A DNA stretch of 64,000 bases from an uncultured cyanobacterium (GCA_963706595.1 OY970166.1:5120001-5184000), one strand, 5' to 3'. Shown: positions 1-11,102, counted from the first letter of the stretch. Numbers and translations are program-made. Notes: generated from the sequence alone by a model not told the origin.

Positions 1-851
1 TGATCATCACAAAAACAGTTTATTTTTCCATAAAAAGCTAGAAAATCGACTATATATGCCACCAAAAACTCATGCTGATTTTGGCATTTTGGCATGACAT
101 CCACGGTGATCTAGGATAGTCTATTCATATAAACAAGCTTTGGTAATCTTTGTAGCAGTTTATTAATTATAACTTTGGCTATAATGAGCAATTTTTAGTT
201 AGTGATTTTTTGGTAATAGTTTGATTCAAATTACAAATTACGAGAATTTATCAACCAATCATATAATTAACCAACACTTCACACAAATAATAAATAATTC
301 CCCATACTTAATGTTCTAAAATATTGCTGAGATATTTGTAATGCATTGGCTCAAAAAAATGGGAAATTATGTTTTTCAAAGCTATATTTTACAGAGTGGC
401 AATCATGTATACAAATATTTCCGCCTTGCCTGTGTTAATTACAGATGGTAAAAATTTCTGTCAAGAAATGTATAAATCTCTGGTTTGTCCAGTATAGCTG
501 TTAGCTAAAATGAAAAAAGCCAGACAAATTAGATACAGAGCTAACCAATTATCTGGTGAAATGATTACAAAGAATTGTTGCTCAACATATCGTTGTTACA
601 ACATCCATAGTCAGTGTGATTTGAGGAGCCAACACGTTACAAAAAATGTTGGAAATACGGAAACTGCCAATCTTAAAGTAGCAGATATCTTCACGCAACA
701 AAGCATCTGGGTTCGTTTTTATTTCACTTCTTTGCTGAAGCTATAACCAAGTCCATACTGGGGATATCAAAATCACGTCATGCTAAATACTGCACCTGAG
801 TTTCAGTATTAACACTTTCCTATTATTTGAATTAAACTTATCAAAATTAGC

Positions 852-2084
852 ATGGAAAATATCTCACAACTGCCAACAAAAATCAGAGAGCAAACCGCAT
901 CTCCTGATATTCTCGTAATTTCCCATCTGTTTCTGCCAAAAAAGGCAGTCATTGGGGAATATCTCTATAATCGCTGTCTTCAAGATCCAGAGCGGGTAGT
1001 TGTTCTGGCGGCTGGTTGTTCTGGCGATCAAGTATTTGATCAAGCTCAACAGTTTCCGGTATATCGCTGGCCAAATTCTCGCTCCTGGCTGGGTGATTTT
1101 CTGGGGAGTTTCTTACAGCCTGCGATGGATTTGCTTTGCTCGTTTTTCTTGGCGATTAAACTATATTTTCGTTATCACTACCGTTATATTGAGTGGGGTC
1201 ACGGTTACGAATTTCCGGCGTTGTTGCTATTGAGCTATATTCTACCCATCCGCTTTTTTATTCATCTGCATGGTAGTGATATTCTTGCTAGTTTACACAA
1301 TCCTGTGTGGCGATCGCTCTTTAAATTAACCCTGACACGCGCCGAAGGAATTATTTGTAACAGTTACGTTACCCAAGATTATCTCCGCAAGACTTTTCGC
1401 TTACAAACTCCTACCCACGTCATTCCACCTATAGTCAGACCAGAAAAATTTGGTGTGGACAAGCATCAAGGTAATCTGGAAAATTTACGTCAAAGCGTGC
1501 GGGAAGCTTACAATATTCCCGAAACAGCCATCGTGATTCTTTCGGTAGGAAGGTTAGTCAAGCAGAAAAGCTTCGAGCGCGTGATTGAGAACTTACCACT
1601 GCTGCTAAATGTGGGAGTCGATGTTCACTATCTACTTTGCGGTCAAGGTCCGTGTAAACCTGCGTTAAAAAGTTTAGCGCAGCGCTTGCGGGTAGACAAG
1701 CGGGTACACTTTACTGGATATATACCTGACGCAGAATTAGGTGGCTATTATGCAGCCTGTGATCTATTTGCTATGTTAACTTTGTTAGATCCCAAAGCCT
1801 ATATACAAGGTTTTGGTATTGTCTATTTAGAAGCGAGTTACTTTGGTAAACCTGTAATTGCTTCTCGTTTAGGCTCGGTGATTGATATCGTTCGTCATGA
1901 AGAAAATGGTCTTCTGGTGAATCCCAAATCTGGATACGACGTTTTTCAAGCTTTCAAACGATTATGTAATGACCAACAGTTACGTGAAAAACTCGGTCGC
2001 AAAGGTAAAGAATTAGCCAGACGCAAAACCCTTCACCGTTCGTTGTATCTCTCTGAACCGATCCCGAATGGTTTGTTGAATTAA
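852..2084 (+). CDS. Glycosyltransferase family 4 (GT-B) protein
   Basis: SVGRLVKQK, GFGIVYLEAS and KPVIAS motifs of the Glycos_transf_1 C-terminal domain. Confidence 0.9.
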   Translation: MENISQLPTKIREQTASPDILVISHLFLPKKAVIGEYLYNRCLQDPERVVVLAAGCSGDQVFDQAQQFPVYRWPNSRSWLGDFLGSFLQPAMDLLCSFFLAIKLYFRYHYRYIEWGHGYEFPALLLLSYILPIRFFIHLHGSDILASLHNPVWRSLFKLTLTRAEGIICNSYVTQDYLRKTFRLQTPTHVIPPIVRPEKFGVDKHQGNLENLRQSVREAYNIPETAIVILSVGRLVKQKSFERVIENLPLLLNVGVDVHYLLCGQGPCKPALKSLAQRLRVDKRVHFTGYIPDAELGGYYAACDLFAMLTLLDPKAYIQGFGIVYLEASYFGKPVIASRLGSVIDIVRHEENGLLVNPKSGYDVFQAFKRLCNDQQLREKLGRKGKELARRKTLHRSLYLSEPIPNGLLN

Positions 2085-2293
2085 CCACCCCCGACAATGG
2101 TAACAATTTCTAAGCGATCGCCTGGTTGTATTTGTGTTTCTGACCAATATTGACGGTGTAAAATATCACCGTTATACTCCACCGCGATTAAACGGGGATT
2201 AAAACCTAACTGTTGGAGTAAATCGGGTAAAGAAGTTTGAGACAAGCAACTACGAGTTTCCCCATTTACCTGGAGGGTAATTTGATTAGACAT
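2081..2293 (-). CDS. thiS: Sulfur carrier protein ThiS
   Basis: 70 aa, IAVEYNG motif, C-terminal VTIVGGG; lies directly downstream of thiE. Confidence 0.95.
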   Translation of the reverse strand: MSNQITLQVNGETRSCLSQTSLPDLLQQLGFNPRLIAVEYNGDILHRQYWSETQIQPGDRLEIVTIVGGG

Positions 2294-2313
2294 CTTAAAA
2301 GTGTTGAGTGCTG

Positions 2314-2333
2314 AGACGCGATTTATCGCGTCT
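2314..2333. repeat. REP-like palindrome AGACGCGATTTATCGCGTCT
   Basis: Inverted repeat between thiE and thiS; same family as the copy at 46568-46587. Confidence 0.8.
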
Positions 2334-2349
2334 GTACAAGAAAGGAAAG

Positions 2350-3456
2350 TTATGCTTTAATCCGATGCAGTTGGGAAATCAAATATTGTGTGACTAGGGT
2401 AGGCTGTTCCGCTTCGATGATAGCTCGTACTATCGCTACACGTTCTGCTCCCGCCTCGATCACATCATTGATATTATTCGCATCTATACCCCCTATAGCA
2501 AACCAAGGAATTGAGCTATTTTGGGCGGCGTAGTTGACATATTCTAAACCTGCTGCTGGCTTGTTTGCTTTCGTAGGAGTTTCATAAACTGGACCAACAC
2601 CAATATAGTCTGCACCTTCAGCAATTGCCTTTTGCATTTCTTCTGAATTTGTAGTCGAACGCCCGATCAAACGCTGGTGTCCGAGTAATTGTCTGGCCAT
2701 AGCAATGGGCATATCTTGCTGTCCCAAATGAACCCCATCTGCGTCCACCGCCAAAGCTAAATCCACTCGGTCATTCACGATAAACAAAGCACCATAAGAA
2801 TGGCATAGTTGCCGTAATTTTGTCGCTTGTTCCAGACGCACAGTGTCATCAGTGGTTTTATCACGATACTGCACCAGGGTTAATCCCCCTTTGAGCGCTG
2901 CTTCCACCGTTTTTAACAAAGTTTCTGAGGGAGAAGTAACTAGATATAAATGCGATCGCCACAGCAATTGATGGCGCTGGTAGCCCATTAAACTAGTTTC
3001 CAGGGTATAAACACGATAGCGCATCTGCTTAAAAGCTTTACCCATATTGGGGTGATAGAGCTTGCCGTATTCTTCCAGCACCCGCATTGCTTCTTGGACA
3101 CGACAAAAATTTGCTTGTAATAACGCTTTAATACTAGAGCGTTGTTCTTCCTGGGGATGGGTCAATTCCGTACCGGGGTCCCCTGGTGTATCTCGCGCCG
3201 CCCGCAGTTCAGCAGTATGCCAATGAGCCAACTCTTGACGCAGATACTTGCATTCCCCCAGCAATTGAGCATTGTTTAACCCAAAGCGACACCATTCTTC
3301 GATAATTCGCAAGCCTTCGCGGGCGCGGTCTAGATTTGCATCTAAAATGCGGTAAACAACTTGCTGCATTTGTGCTTTTTGGCTGTTTGACTCGACCATG
3401 ACAACAACCCTATTAGTGCTTTCGTTAAGTGACGTAATGTCAACACTTTTAGACAT
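2350..3456 (-). CDS. thiE: Thiamine-phosphate synthase, cyanobacterial long form (true start may be downstream of 3456)
   Basis: N-terminal RILDANLDRAREGLR domain plus TMP-TENI motifs VQYRDK, NDRVDLA, GVHLGQ and TPTK. Confidence 0.95.
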   Translation of the reverse strand: MSKSVDITSLNESTNRVVVMVESNSQKAQMQQVVYRILDANLDRAREGLRIIEEWCRFGLNNAQLLGECKYLRQELAHWHTAELRAARDTPGDPGTELTHPQEEQRSSIKALLQANFCRVQEAMRVLEEYGKLYHPNMGKAFKQMRYRVYTLETSLMGYQRHQLLWRSHLYLVTSPSETLLKTVEAALKGGLTLVQYRDKTTDDTVRLEQATKLRQLCHSYGALFIVNDRVDLALAVDADGVHLGQQDMPIAMARQLLGHQRLIGRSTTNSEEMQKAIAEGADYIGVGPVYETPTKANKPAAGLEYVNYAAQNSSIPWFAIGGIDANNINDVIEAGAERVAIVRAIIEAEQPTLVTQYLISQLHRIKA

Positions 3457-3798
3457 TTTGATTAAAATTTTCTAGTACGGCGATTTGAAAAATAAGTAGA
3501 GCTTGACTATTCATTTATACATAGGTAGCTTATTACATCATGGTACAAAGATTTAGGGACGACTTTATAATATATCTTAAACTGGACAAAAACCATAATA
3601 CAGCCTTGTGCAATTAGGTCTGTAAATGATAGCTGGTGTGGTCTAGCCATAGAAGTTAGGAAGCATCAAACTATTTTTTCGGTCATGGCTTTGTAGTTTG
3701 AATTAGTAATTATTCTCGGAAATATTGAGCAATGATAGTTTAATCTATCTCTAGGAATAAACGCTGCATTTATGAAGTGGTATTACTTGACTTTCCTA

Positions 3799-4524
3799 TT
3801 AAAGAGCTAATAGGATAATTGCATAACTGATTGTCCCAAAAGCAAATGACCAAAAGCAGCTTTCTCTGACTTCTGGTAGTTCTTCATTGAGTACATTGAG
3901 TACAATACCTCCGGCTAAAAAGGCAAATAAAACTGCAACCACTGCCTGATCAATTTTTGTAACTATGCCAATTAACCAACCAAAAATTATGGCTATTGCT
4001 AATAACCAGCGTCCCACTTGATCATATAATTTTTGGTAATTTTCTCGCAAAGCATGATCATTGACTACAAAATGCAGCGCCATCGCCAAAGCAAATAATA
4101 ATAAACTCTGGATACCTGATTCTTCTCGGTGTACTAGCAAGTAGCCAATTAAAAGATTATAAATAGCAAAAGCACCAATATGTATCCAAAAAAAATCTGA
4201 ATAGGTGATATCTGTCTTTCCTGTTCTGGGAAGGCGTTGACGTGACGTTCTCGCGAATCGCTCTAAGCCATAAAAAACTGTTAAGCCTAAAAGTGCTACC
4301 AAATAGACATGATGCTCTAAAAAACTCAGCCCCAGATTTACACTGCTTTGGAATGTAACTTGTGCTTGGCTCAGTTCTGGCAAAATGTGGATAAATACGT
4401 AAGTAACAGATACCCCACTCCCAAAGGATAAGCAACGACTATGTAGTGTTTTTTTGAGGAATCTGAGTTTACCTGCAAACAAATGTATAGTGGCTAAGGC
4501 GATCGCTAAAATCCCAGTATTCAT
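3799..4524 (-). CDS. Multi-pass membrane protein, ZIP-permease-like
   Basis: About 8 hydrophobic segments; HILPEL and ALHF motifs and C-terminal EELPE resemble ZIP transporters. Confidence 0.55.
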   Translation of the reverse strand: MNTGILAIALATIHLFAGKLRFLKKTLHSRCLSFGSGVSVTYVFIHILPELSQAQVTFQSSVNLGLSFLEHHVYLVALLGLTVFYGLERFARTSRQRLPRTGKTDITYSDFFWIHIGAFAIYNLLIGYLLVHREESGIQSLLLFALAMALHFVVNDHALRENYQKLYDQVGRWLLAIAIIFGWLIGIVTKIDQAVVAVLFAFLAGGIVLNVLNEELPEVRESCFWSFAFGTISYAIILLAL

Positions 4525-4640
4525 GCTTTTTTTTGTATTAGTGACTACAGCCTATAAGTAGGGGATTTTTTTAATTGGCAGTTCCTCAAGTCAGAAAGTC
4601 GAAACAATTATCGACATCATAGTGTCTAAGGGTATAAAAC

Positions 4641-6269
4641 TTGATTGTTAGGACTTATCTCAAGTGGATTTATCTAATTATGTATTCTGAATATCATCAA
4701 GTAGAAATGCAGCAATTAAACCTAAATACCCAGGTTGACAGATCCAATTCTTCCCTGGAATTAGTCTTACCTTTAGTTTCTTCTCTATTGTCTTTCACCC
4801 TGGCTTTAGGAGTGACATTGAGTATCAGCCCCGCTAGGGTCTTGGCTCAAATGCCATCTGTGGAAAGAACGGTGTCTGAAGTTAAAATGTTATTTGTCAA
4901 TCCCAGCGTGGGAAATAACTCATCGGGTAATGGTAGTGAAAGCGCTCCTTTACAGACGATTACTCACGCTTTGCAAGTAGCCTCTCCCAATACAATGATT
5001 ATGCTTTCCCCAGGGACTTATAGCGCTGACACTGGAGAGGTTTTTCCCCTAAAGCTGAAACCAGGTGTTGCGATTCAAGGGGATACTCGCAATAAAGGAC
5101 AGGAAATCACAATTCAAGGCGGTGGCAGATTCCTCAGTAGCAGGTTTGGCGGTCAAAACGTCACAATCATCGGCGCAGATCAAGCTGAGTTAAGCGGGGT
5201 AACGGTGACAAATCCCAATCCTCGTGGTTATGGTTTGTGGATTGAATCGAGCCATCCTGTGATTAGAGAAAATACATTTACTGGTAATACTCAAGATGGG
5301 ATTTCCCTGACTGGTAACAGTGCGCCGATAATTAGGCAGAATTACTTTCATCGTAATGGGGCGAATGGCATGACCATTGGCGGTGATTCCCAGCCAGAAG
5401 TGCGGGAAAATGTGTTTGAGCAAACAGGATTTGGGATCAATATTACTCAAAATGCTGCTCCTGTAATCACCCTTAATCAAATTCAAAACAATCGCTCTGG
5501 GATTATAGTCCAAGCTAATGCGCGGCCGATTTTACGGAATAATTTAATTCAAGGTAATACAGAAGATGGTTTAGTGGCGATCGCTCAAGCCATTCCCAAT
5601 TTAGGTACTATTGCTGAACCAGGTGGTAATGAATTTCGTAATAATGCTCGCCATGACATTAATGCTAGTGCGGCCAAGGAGATGATTCCGGCGGCTGGTA
5701 ACAACTTGTCTCAAAATCGCATTGCTGGTAAGGTCGATTTCAATGCTCAAACAGCACCCGCAGCTCAAATTCCTCAGATCCCTCAGCGTCCCACTGTTGC
5801 AAATCGTCCCATCCCAGCTAATGAAGAAATTACCTCTTCTGCTACCAGTCAGCCCAATCAGGCTAATCAGTCACAGATAAATTATGTGAAGATTGACCCC
5901 AATATTGTAGAATTTACTGCCCCCCAGTCACCATCTCCTGGACAATTAGCGACCACATCAGCAGCACCTCCTTTTGGGGAATCACCGTTGTTACCCGTTC
6001 CTAATAGCAATACTCGCCCCAGTCAGACAACCACATACTTACCGCCTGCTAGAGTTCAGCCGGGTGTACGTTACCGGGTAGTTGTGAATATCGCAACTGA
6101 TCGGGAACGAGCCATAGTGCGAAACTTAGCCCCGGATGCATTTCCGACTATCCGCCAAGGTCGTCGAGTTATGCAAGTGGGAGTTTTTAGCGATCGCAAT
6201 AATGCCGATGAAATGATCAACGTCCTGAATAGTAACGGTTTACAAACCATAATTGAGCCGTTAAATTGA
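4641..6269 (+). CDS. DUF1565 / right-handed beta-helix secreted protein with C-terminal SPOR-like domain (start uncertain)
   Basis: FVNPSVGNN..GS..PL.TIT.AL motif, PbH1-type repeats, Pro/Gln linker, C-terminal VMQVGVFSDRNNA. Confidence 0.8.
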   Translation: MIVRTYLKWIYLIMYSEYHQVEMQQLNLNTQVDRSNSSLELVLPLVSSLLSFTLALGVTLSISPARVLAQMPSVERTVSEVKMLFVNPSVGNNSSGNGSESAPLQTITHALQVASPNTMIMLSPGTYSADTGEVFPLKLKPGVAIQGDTRNKGQEITIQGGGRFLSSRFGGQNVTIIGADQAELSGVTVTNPNPRGYGLWIESSHPVIRENTFTGNTQDGISLTGNSAPIIRQNYFHRNGANGMTIGGDSQPEVRENVFEQTGFGINITQNAAPVITLNQIQNNRSGIIVQANARPILRNNLIQGNTEDGLVAIAQAIPNLGTIAEPGGNEFRNNARHDINASAAKEMIPAAGNNLSQNRIAGKVDFNAQTAPAAQIPQIPQRPTVANRPIPANEEITSSATSQPNQANQSQINYVKIDPNIVEFTAPQSPSPGQLATTSAAPPFGESPLLPVPNSNTRPSQTTTYLPPARVQPGVRYRVVVNIATDRERAIVRNLAPDAFPTIRQGRRVMQVGVFSDRNNADEMINVLNSNGLQTIIEPLN

Positions 6270-6285
6270 ATCTTCTCAGAATTGG

Positions 6286-6365
6286 GTAGGGTGCGTTATG
6301 GACTTTAGTCCTAACGCACCGATAATCTAGAATGGTGCGTTGCGCTACGCGACAACACACCCTAC
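6286..6365. repeat. GTAG-type REP doublet (REPIN-like)
   Basis: Begins GTAGGGTGCGTTA and ends CAACACACCCTAC, with two internal hairpins; lies between convergent genes. Confidence 0.75.
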
Positions 6366-6399
6366 TAAATCCCCCAAGTCTGGGGAACTTTAACGGAAG

Positions 6400-7497
6400 T
6401 TAAATCTTCACTTTTTGGTTGAGGGGACAAGGCATAGTGGTTTTTCCTGCCCAATCTGTCAAAGTATTTTCATCTTTATAATGCCGATGACTTTGCATCA
6501 ACAACCGCCAGGCTTCTTGGGCATCTAATAAGTTAAATTTGTCGGCATAATCCGTTTCTAACCACTCTCGCACCTGAACATAATAATCAGAGTTCATTCC
6601 TGGAAAAATATGATGTTCTGTATGGTGGGAAAAATTAAAATGTAACAGGTCAAAGATTTTATAAACCCGTAAAGATGTAGAATTTACCAGTGGATCATTA
6701 ACATCAGTCATCGGACAAAGCAGATGATTCGTATAAATATAGAACATCAAGCCTGCATTGCCAATTGCAATCGGTAAAAAGTAGCCTAATATAAGTTTTA
6801 TGGGGTCAAATTCTAGATAGGCTAAAATAGCTAGATGAATTATTGACATGAGCAAGATTTCACCTGCGATCGCTCGCCGATCTTTAGCACTCACTGTAAA
6901 TGCAGCCGGAACATAATCAACTGATTTACTATTAAAAAATAGTACCGAGGTGAGATTGCGAAAATTATGTACTCCCCACGCCGAAGTCATACCCACAATT
7001 AGCCAAAAGGGATTGACTTCTAAAGAAGGCACAAATAGATTATGAATCCATTTACCCCAGGTTTTAGACTGTTTTTCTAAGTAATTACGATCTGGATCAC
7101 CCAAGTCATTGGTGTTATTATGATGTACCCGGTTATGAACCGACTTCCATAATGTTGGCGGCATCCACAACATTGTTAGCCCTAGAAAGCTGAAAAAATA
7201 GGCTAATTGTGAGTTTCTAATTACACTACCATGCATCAAATCATGGGAGCTAAATAATAAGGCAACCACACTATTGCCCATAATAATTGTTAGAGGTAAA
7301 TATAACCACAAAAGATAGACTGGCCAATTATCTAATTGAGCCGCTATCATCCAGCCAAGTATCAAAATTGCGAGATTAATTATCAGGATAATTAACTTAC
7401 TCACATCTGGTGTAAATGCTTCAGGTGGAAGCCGAGAACGTAATACTTTCGAGTAAGTTACCTGGCTAATTAATCTCTGCTCAGTATTTAAATTCAT
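6400..7497 (-). CDS. Membrane fatty acid desaturase family protein
   Basis: Three histidine boxes HDLMH, HNRVHH and HHTEHH plus transmembrane segments. Confidence 0.9.
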   Translation of the reverse strand: MNLNTEQRLISQVTYSKVLRSRLPPEAFTPDVSKLIILIINLAILILGWMIAAQLDNWPVYLLWLYLPLTIIMGNSVVALLFSSHDLMHGSVIRNSQLAYFFSFLGLTMLWMPPTLWKSVHNRVHHNNTNDLGDPDRNYLEKQSKTWGKWIHNLFVPSLEVNPFWLIVGMTSAWGVHNFRNLTSVLFFNSKSVDYVPAAFTVSAKDRRAIAGEILLMSIIHLAILAYLEFDPIKLILGYFLPIAIGNAGLMFYIYTNHLLCPMTDVNDPLVNSTSLRVYKIFDLLHFNFSHHTEHHIFPGMNSDYYVQVREWLETDYADKFNLLDAQEAWRLLMQSHRHYKDENTLTDWAGKTTMPCPLNQKVKI

Positions 7498-7757
7498 GGA
7501 TGACGATCACACAATAACTTTAACTAATGCTTGTCTTAAACTAACAGTTTTTCTGCAAGTTTAAGACAAGATACTTATTCACAGTAACATAGTCTGTATC
7601 CATCAGAATCTATTTAGTATTTTTACAGTTTTTCCTAATTTGTCAGGGATGAATTTATCTGTTTTGAATTACTTTTGCGTGGATCTACTTCCGGGAAAAT
7701 ACTATATACCATTTTTTCTGGCTTCGCATCCTTCTAAGCAGTATGTGCTTGCTGGGC

Positions 7758-7835
7758 GTTCGTTCGCGTAGCGTCTCGGAAGAGAACGTTTGTCAGTCAT
7801 ACATTCAGGCAGATTTATGGCTACGCCACGCAGCT
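7758..7835. repeat. Cluster of small dispersed repeats (SDR-like)
   Basis: GTTCGCGTAGCGTCTCGGAAGAGAA (related copy at 54330-54350) and GGCTACGCCACGCAGC in an AT-rich spacer. Confidence 0.55.
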
Positions 7836-8013
7836 GTCAGCCAGAATTTCGAGAATTTTTAAACACAAATAAAATGAATATTAAAAAGAGTGAGATAAAT
7901 ATTAAAGTTGAATATAAAACTCAAGCTTGAAGAATAGTTAAAACCTGTAGTTAGGGTAACTCAAACTTGAATTTATCAATATGAGTGTTAAGTTCTTCCT
8001 GGGCATAGACACG

Positions 8014-8799
8014 TTATCGCTGATCATCCGATATCGCTTTAAGTTTTGATGTAAATGAATCAGATTGATCGCTAGTTGATGGAGTAAATTGTCCAATGGG
8101 TGGATGATTGGCAGATGGTGGTAGTAGTTTTGTGGGCTGGTGAGGTTTTGGTGGTGGAGAATTTCTCTGAAAATTATTTTGTGAGTTTAGCTGGGACTGA
8201 GTAGTAGAGGTCGCAGTGCTGAGAGTGGAATATACTAATATGTTTTCTACTGGCTTCTCCTCCTCTTGTACATTCATCGCTTGTAGGGTTGCAGTTTGAG
8301 TTTGACTATACCTTTTCCGCACCTGAGCAGGTAAGGGATTGGCTGTAACTGGTTGAGGAATCGATGCTGACTCAGATGGAATTTGTGGCTTGATAGGAGG
8401 TAGAACTGGTGCAGTCATTTCAGTTAAGCTTTCGGGAAACTTGCTACAAATCAGGCGTTCAAATTCCATATTGAAATGATAAATCACCTGGCCTCGCCTC
8501 TGCCAAAATGCTAATATTTGCTGCACTGAAATTCCTTTATAGCGTCCTTGATATAGCGCCTCAACGACTGCCAAATGCAGCCAATGTACTGGGTATTGGG
8601 TTTGCCAAAGTTTAATTAGCTCACTGGCAGTATGGCCACTGAGGTCAAAACTATAGTGAGTTAATAGGGCGATCGCCAATTCGGCAGAGGTTTGTGAGGC
8701 TGTTGTAATCATGGGGCTATTGGCTTCAGACGAGGGGTATAAATTGTCTGCCCATCGCTTATAGCCTAACGTGTTTTTAGCTATAGGATTTGTTACCAA
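8014..8799 (-). CDS. Conserved cyanobacterial hypothetical protein (likely ATG start near 8712)
   Basis: Globular N-terminal part LLTHYSFDL...VEALYQGRYK...QILAFWQRRG, low-complexity tail, C-terminal FTSKLKAI. Confidence 0.7.
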   Translation of the reverse strand: MVTNPIAKNTLGYKRWADNLYPSSEANSPMITTASQTSAELAIALLTHYSFDLSGHTASELIKLWQTQYPVHWLHLAVVEALYQGRYKGISVQQILAFWQRRGQVIYHFNMEFERLICSKFPESLTEMTAPVLPPIKPQIPSESASIPQPVTANPLPAQVRKRYSQTQTATLQAMNVQEEEKPVENILVYSTLSTATSTTQSQLNSQNNFQRNSPPPKPHQPTKLLPPSANHPPIGQFTPSTSDQSDSFTSKLKAISDDQR

Positions 8800-8855
8800 G
8801 AGTTTCCAGGCTGATAAACAGTGTCTTTCATTTTACTTGGTCAACTGCTGACTGT

Positions 8856-10934
8856 CTAAACAATATATGTTGAATTAATTTTTGACGTTCGCTGGATAGC
8901 AACTAATGCTTGATAAACCATTGCGGCTACTTCGGCACGTGTGGCTTCCCGCGTCGGTACAAGTTGTTTAGGGTTTGGGTAATTGACCACAATTCTTTGC
9001 TGTGTAGCAGTCATAACTGCTTGTCGAGCATAATCGGGAATTGTCTGACTATCAGTATAAGTGAGTAAAGCATTGTTATCAGCTGTTGGCAGGGTAAGTC
9101 CATTCACTAAGGAGACAATTACCTGTAACCTTTGCACATTTTGAGCGGGGCGGAAGGTGCGATCGCCAAATCCACTGACGAAGCCACCTCTACTAGCAAT
9201 TTGTAAAGCTTGATACGCCCAAAAATCTGGGGCTACGTCGGTAAAATCTGGTGCGGGGCGCTTGGGTGGAGGATTAAAGGCCACTGCTACTAAAGCCGCA
9301 TATTGGGCGCGAGTCATGGGTTGATCTGGCTGGTAGCTACCATCAGCAAAACCATGAGTTAAATTCATGCTGGCTAATCCCCGAATAAATGCTTCTGCCC
9401 AATGTCCGGTAATGTCGGTAAATCCGGGAATATCAACACCAGGGCTGACAATATAGGGGGATGCGATCGCCTTCTCCTGACTGTTGGCTACCAAAGCTTG
9501 ATAAATTAATGCTGCCACTTCACCACGAGTTATATCTCGCAGAGGTTCGAGTTGTTCGGTTTGGGGATAGTTAATTATTAGTAATTTCTGGGTAGCCACT
9601 GCTACAGCATTAGTGGCATAAGTGGGAATTTGAGCGCGATCGCGGTACACGCTTAAAACTTGGGGATTACCGCCAGTTAGTTTTAACCCATTAACTATAG
9701 ACACTATGGCCTGTACTTTGGTCAAATTTTGTCCGCCTCGAAATGTCCCATCAGGAAAACCACTAATGAAGCCCATTTCAGCAGTTTTGAAAATGGCTGA
9801 TGCTGCCCAAAAGCTGGGATTGACATCCGTAAATTTACTACCTTTATTTCTGGAAGGTAACTGAAAAGTTTTGGCAATGATCGCCGCATACTGAGCGCGA
9901 TTGATGGGGGCATCGGGGGCAAAAGTGCCATCGGGAAAGCCGCTAATTGCACCCATCTTCACCAATGCTGCGACAAAATCTGCTGCCCAATGTCCAGCTA
10001 GGTCAGAAAAAATACTGCTGCTACCTGAGATGCTGCGCGGATGATCTTCTAGGACAGCGATAAAATCCACCCTGCCTTTAACTTGGGTAGGATTCAACTG
10101 ATTACCTGCGGAAACTAGCGGTTGTGATGTGGAATTATCTAAATCGAATCGATTATTTTTACTAAAAATATTACCAGCCGCGTCTTGGTTATTACCTAAA
10201 TCAGGGATAGCGTCACCATTGACTAACATCCCGCCTTGGGCATTTTTGGTAATCAGATTATGACGCAGCACAGGTCTAGCGTTACGAGAAAGAGCGATCG
10301 CCGAACGGTTATCTGATATTGTGTTATCTGCGAGCAAAGGGGCTGCAAAGTCACTGATGGCTATGCCCAAAGAATTTTGATGAAATGCATTCCGTAGCAC
10401 TTCTCCCTTGCTATGACGCGCCATCATCAAGCCACTGGCAGCATTTTGTCTAAACACATTATCCACAATTGCGGGTTTAGCATTACCGGTGACAAAGATC
10501 CCTTCTCGACCACAATTAATTAAAGTATTATTAGCTACATTTGCTCCTGCCGACTCAATCCAGATACCTGTACCTTTAGGCGCTGGGTTCGTCACAGTCA
10601 CACCTAAGAGACTGGCGTTACCTTGCAACAGTAATGTGACACTTTGCAGACCAAAGCTAGGACTTTGATACTGACCACTCCCAGAAATCACAATCCCCGC
10701 GCCTTTGTTAGCTTCGTTACCGACTACCGTCACGCCCGTGGGAATAATTATGGGAAACACCTCACCATTAGCTAGGCGATAAGTCCCGGAGGTCAACTGA
10801 ATAATTACTGGAGTTTTGCTGGCTTTTAAGGCACGGGTGAGACTTTTAAACGGACTCGACCGGGAACCAGGATTGGAATCATTCCCCTGCACAGGATTGA
10901 CATAGAGTGTGGGAAGGAGGGTAGAATTCGCCAT
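8856..10934 (-). CDS. DUF1565 beta-helix protein with multiple S-layer homology (SLH) domains
   Basis: N-terminal YVNPVQGND beta-helix region; repeated F.D..GHWA...GFPDGTF.P...TRA SLH motifs. Confidence 0.9.
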   Translation of the reverse strand: MANSTLLPTLYVNPVQGNDSNPGSRSSPFKSLTRALKASKTPVIIQLTSGTYRLANGEVFPIIIPTGVTVVGNEANKGAGIVISGSGQYQSPSFGLQSVTLLLQGNASLLGVTVTNPAPKGTGIWIESAGANVANNTLINCGREGIFVTGNAKPAIVDNVFRQNAASGLMMARHSKGEVLRNAFHQNSLGIAISDFAAPLLADNTISDNRSAIALSRNARPVLRHNLITKNAQGGMLVNGDAIPDLGNNQDAAGNIFSKNNRFDLDNSTSQPLVSAGNQLNPTQVKGRVDFIAVLEDHPRSISGSSSIFSDLAGHWAADFVAALVKMGAISGFPDGTFAPDAPINRAQYAAIIAKTFQLPSRNKGSKFTDVNPSFWAASAIFKTAEMGFISGFPDGTFRGGQNLTKVQAIVSIVNGLKLTGGNPQVLSVYRDRAQIPTYATNAVAVATQKLLIINYPQTEQLEPLRDITRGEVAALIYQALVANSQEKAIASPYIVSPGVDIPGFTDITGHWAEAFIRGLASMNLTHGFADGSYQPDQPMTRAQYAALVAVAFNPPPKRPAPDFTDVAPDFWAYQALQIASRGGFVSGFGDRTFRPAQNVQRLQVIVSLVNGLTLPTADNNALLTYTDSQTIPDYARQAVMTATQQRIVVNYPNPKQLVPTREATRAEVAAMVYQALVAIQRTSKINSTYIV

Positions 10935-11037
10935 TGATGATTTTAATTTATAACAGTCAAGTCATGGATAATAAGTTATACCAATTTTCTATACACTTGG
11001 ACATGAACGAATTTATCTGTGGTTAACTAATTCTTCT

Positions 11038-11076
11038 CCCCTCTCCTTGATAAGGAGAGGGGTTGGGGGTGAGGTT
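11038..11076. repeat. REP-like palindrome CCCCTCTCCTTGATAAGGAGAGGGG plus G-rich tail
   Basis: Inverted repeat; related sequences at 15474-15562, 17924/18278 and 48293-48390. Confidence 0.75.
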
Positions 11077-11102
11077 CGATATTCGGTTAAATCAGCATGA
11101 TT

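Noticed and set aside
510..746. 78-aa ORF upstream of the glycosyltransferase
   Set aside because: No recognisable motif or ribosome-binding site in an AT-rich spacer.
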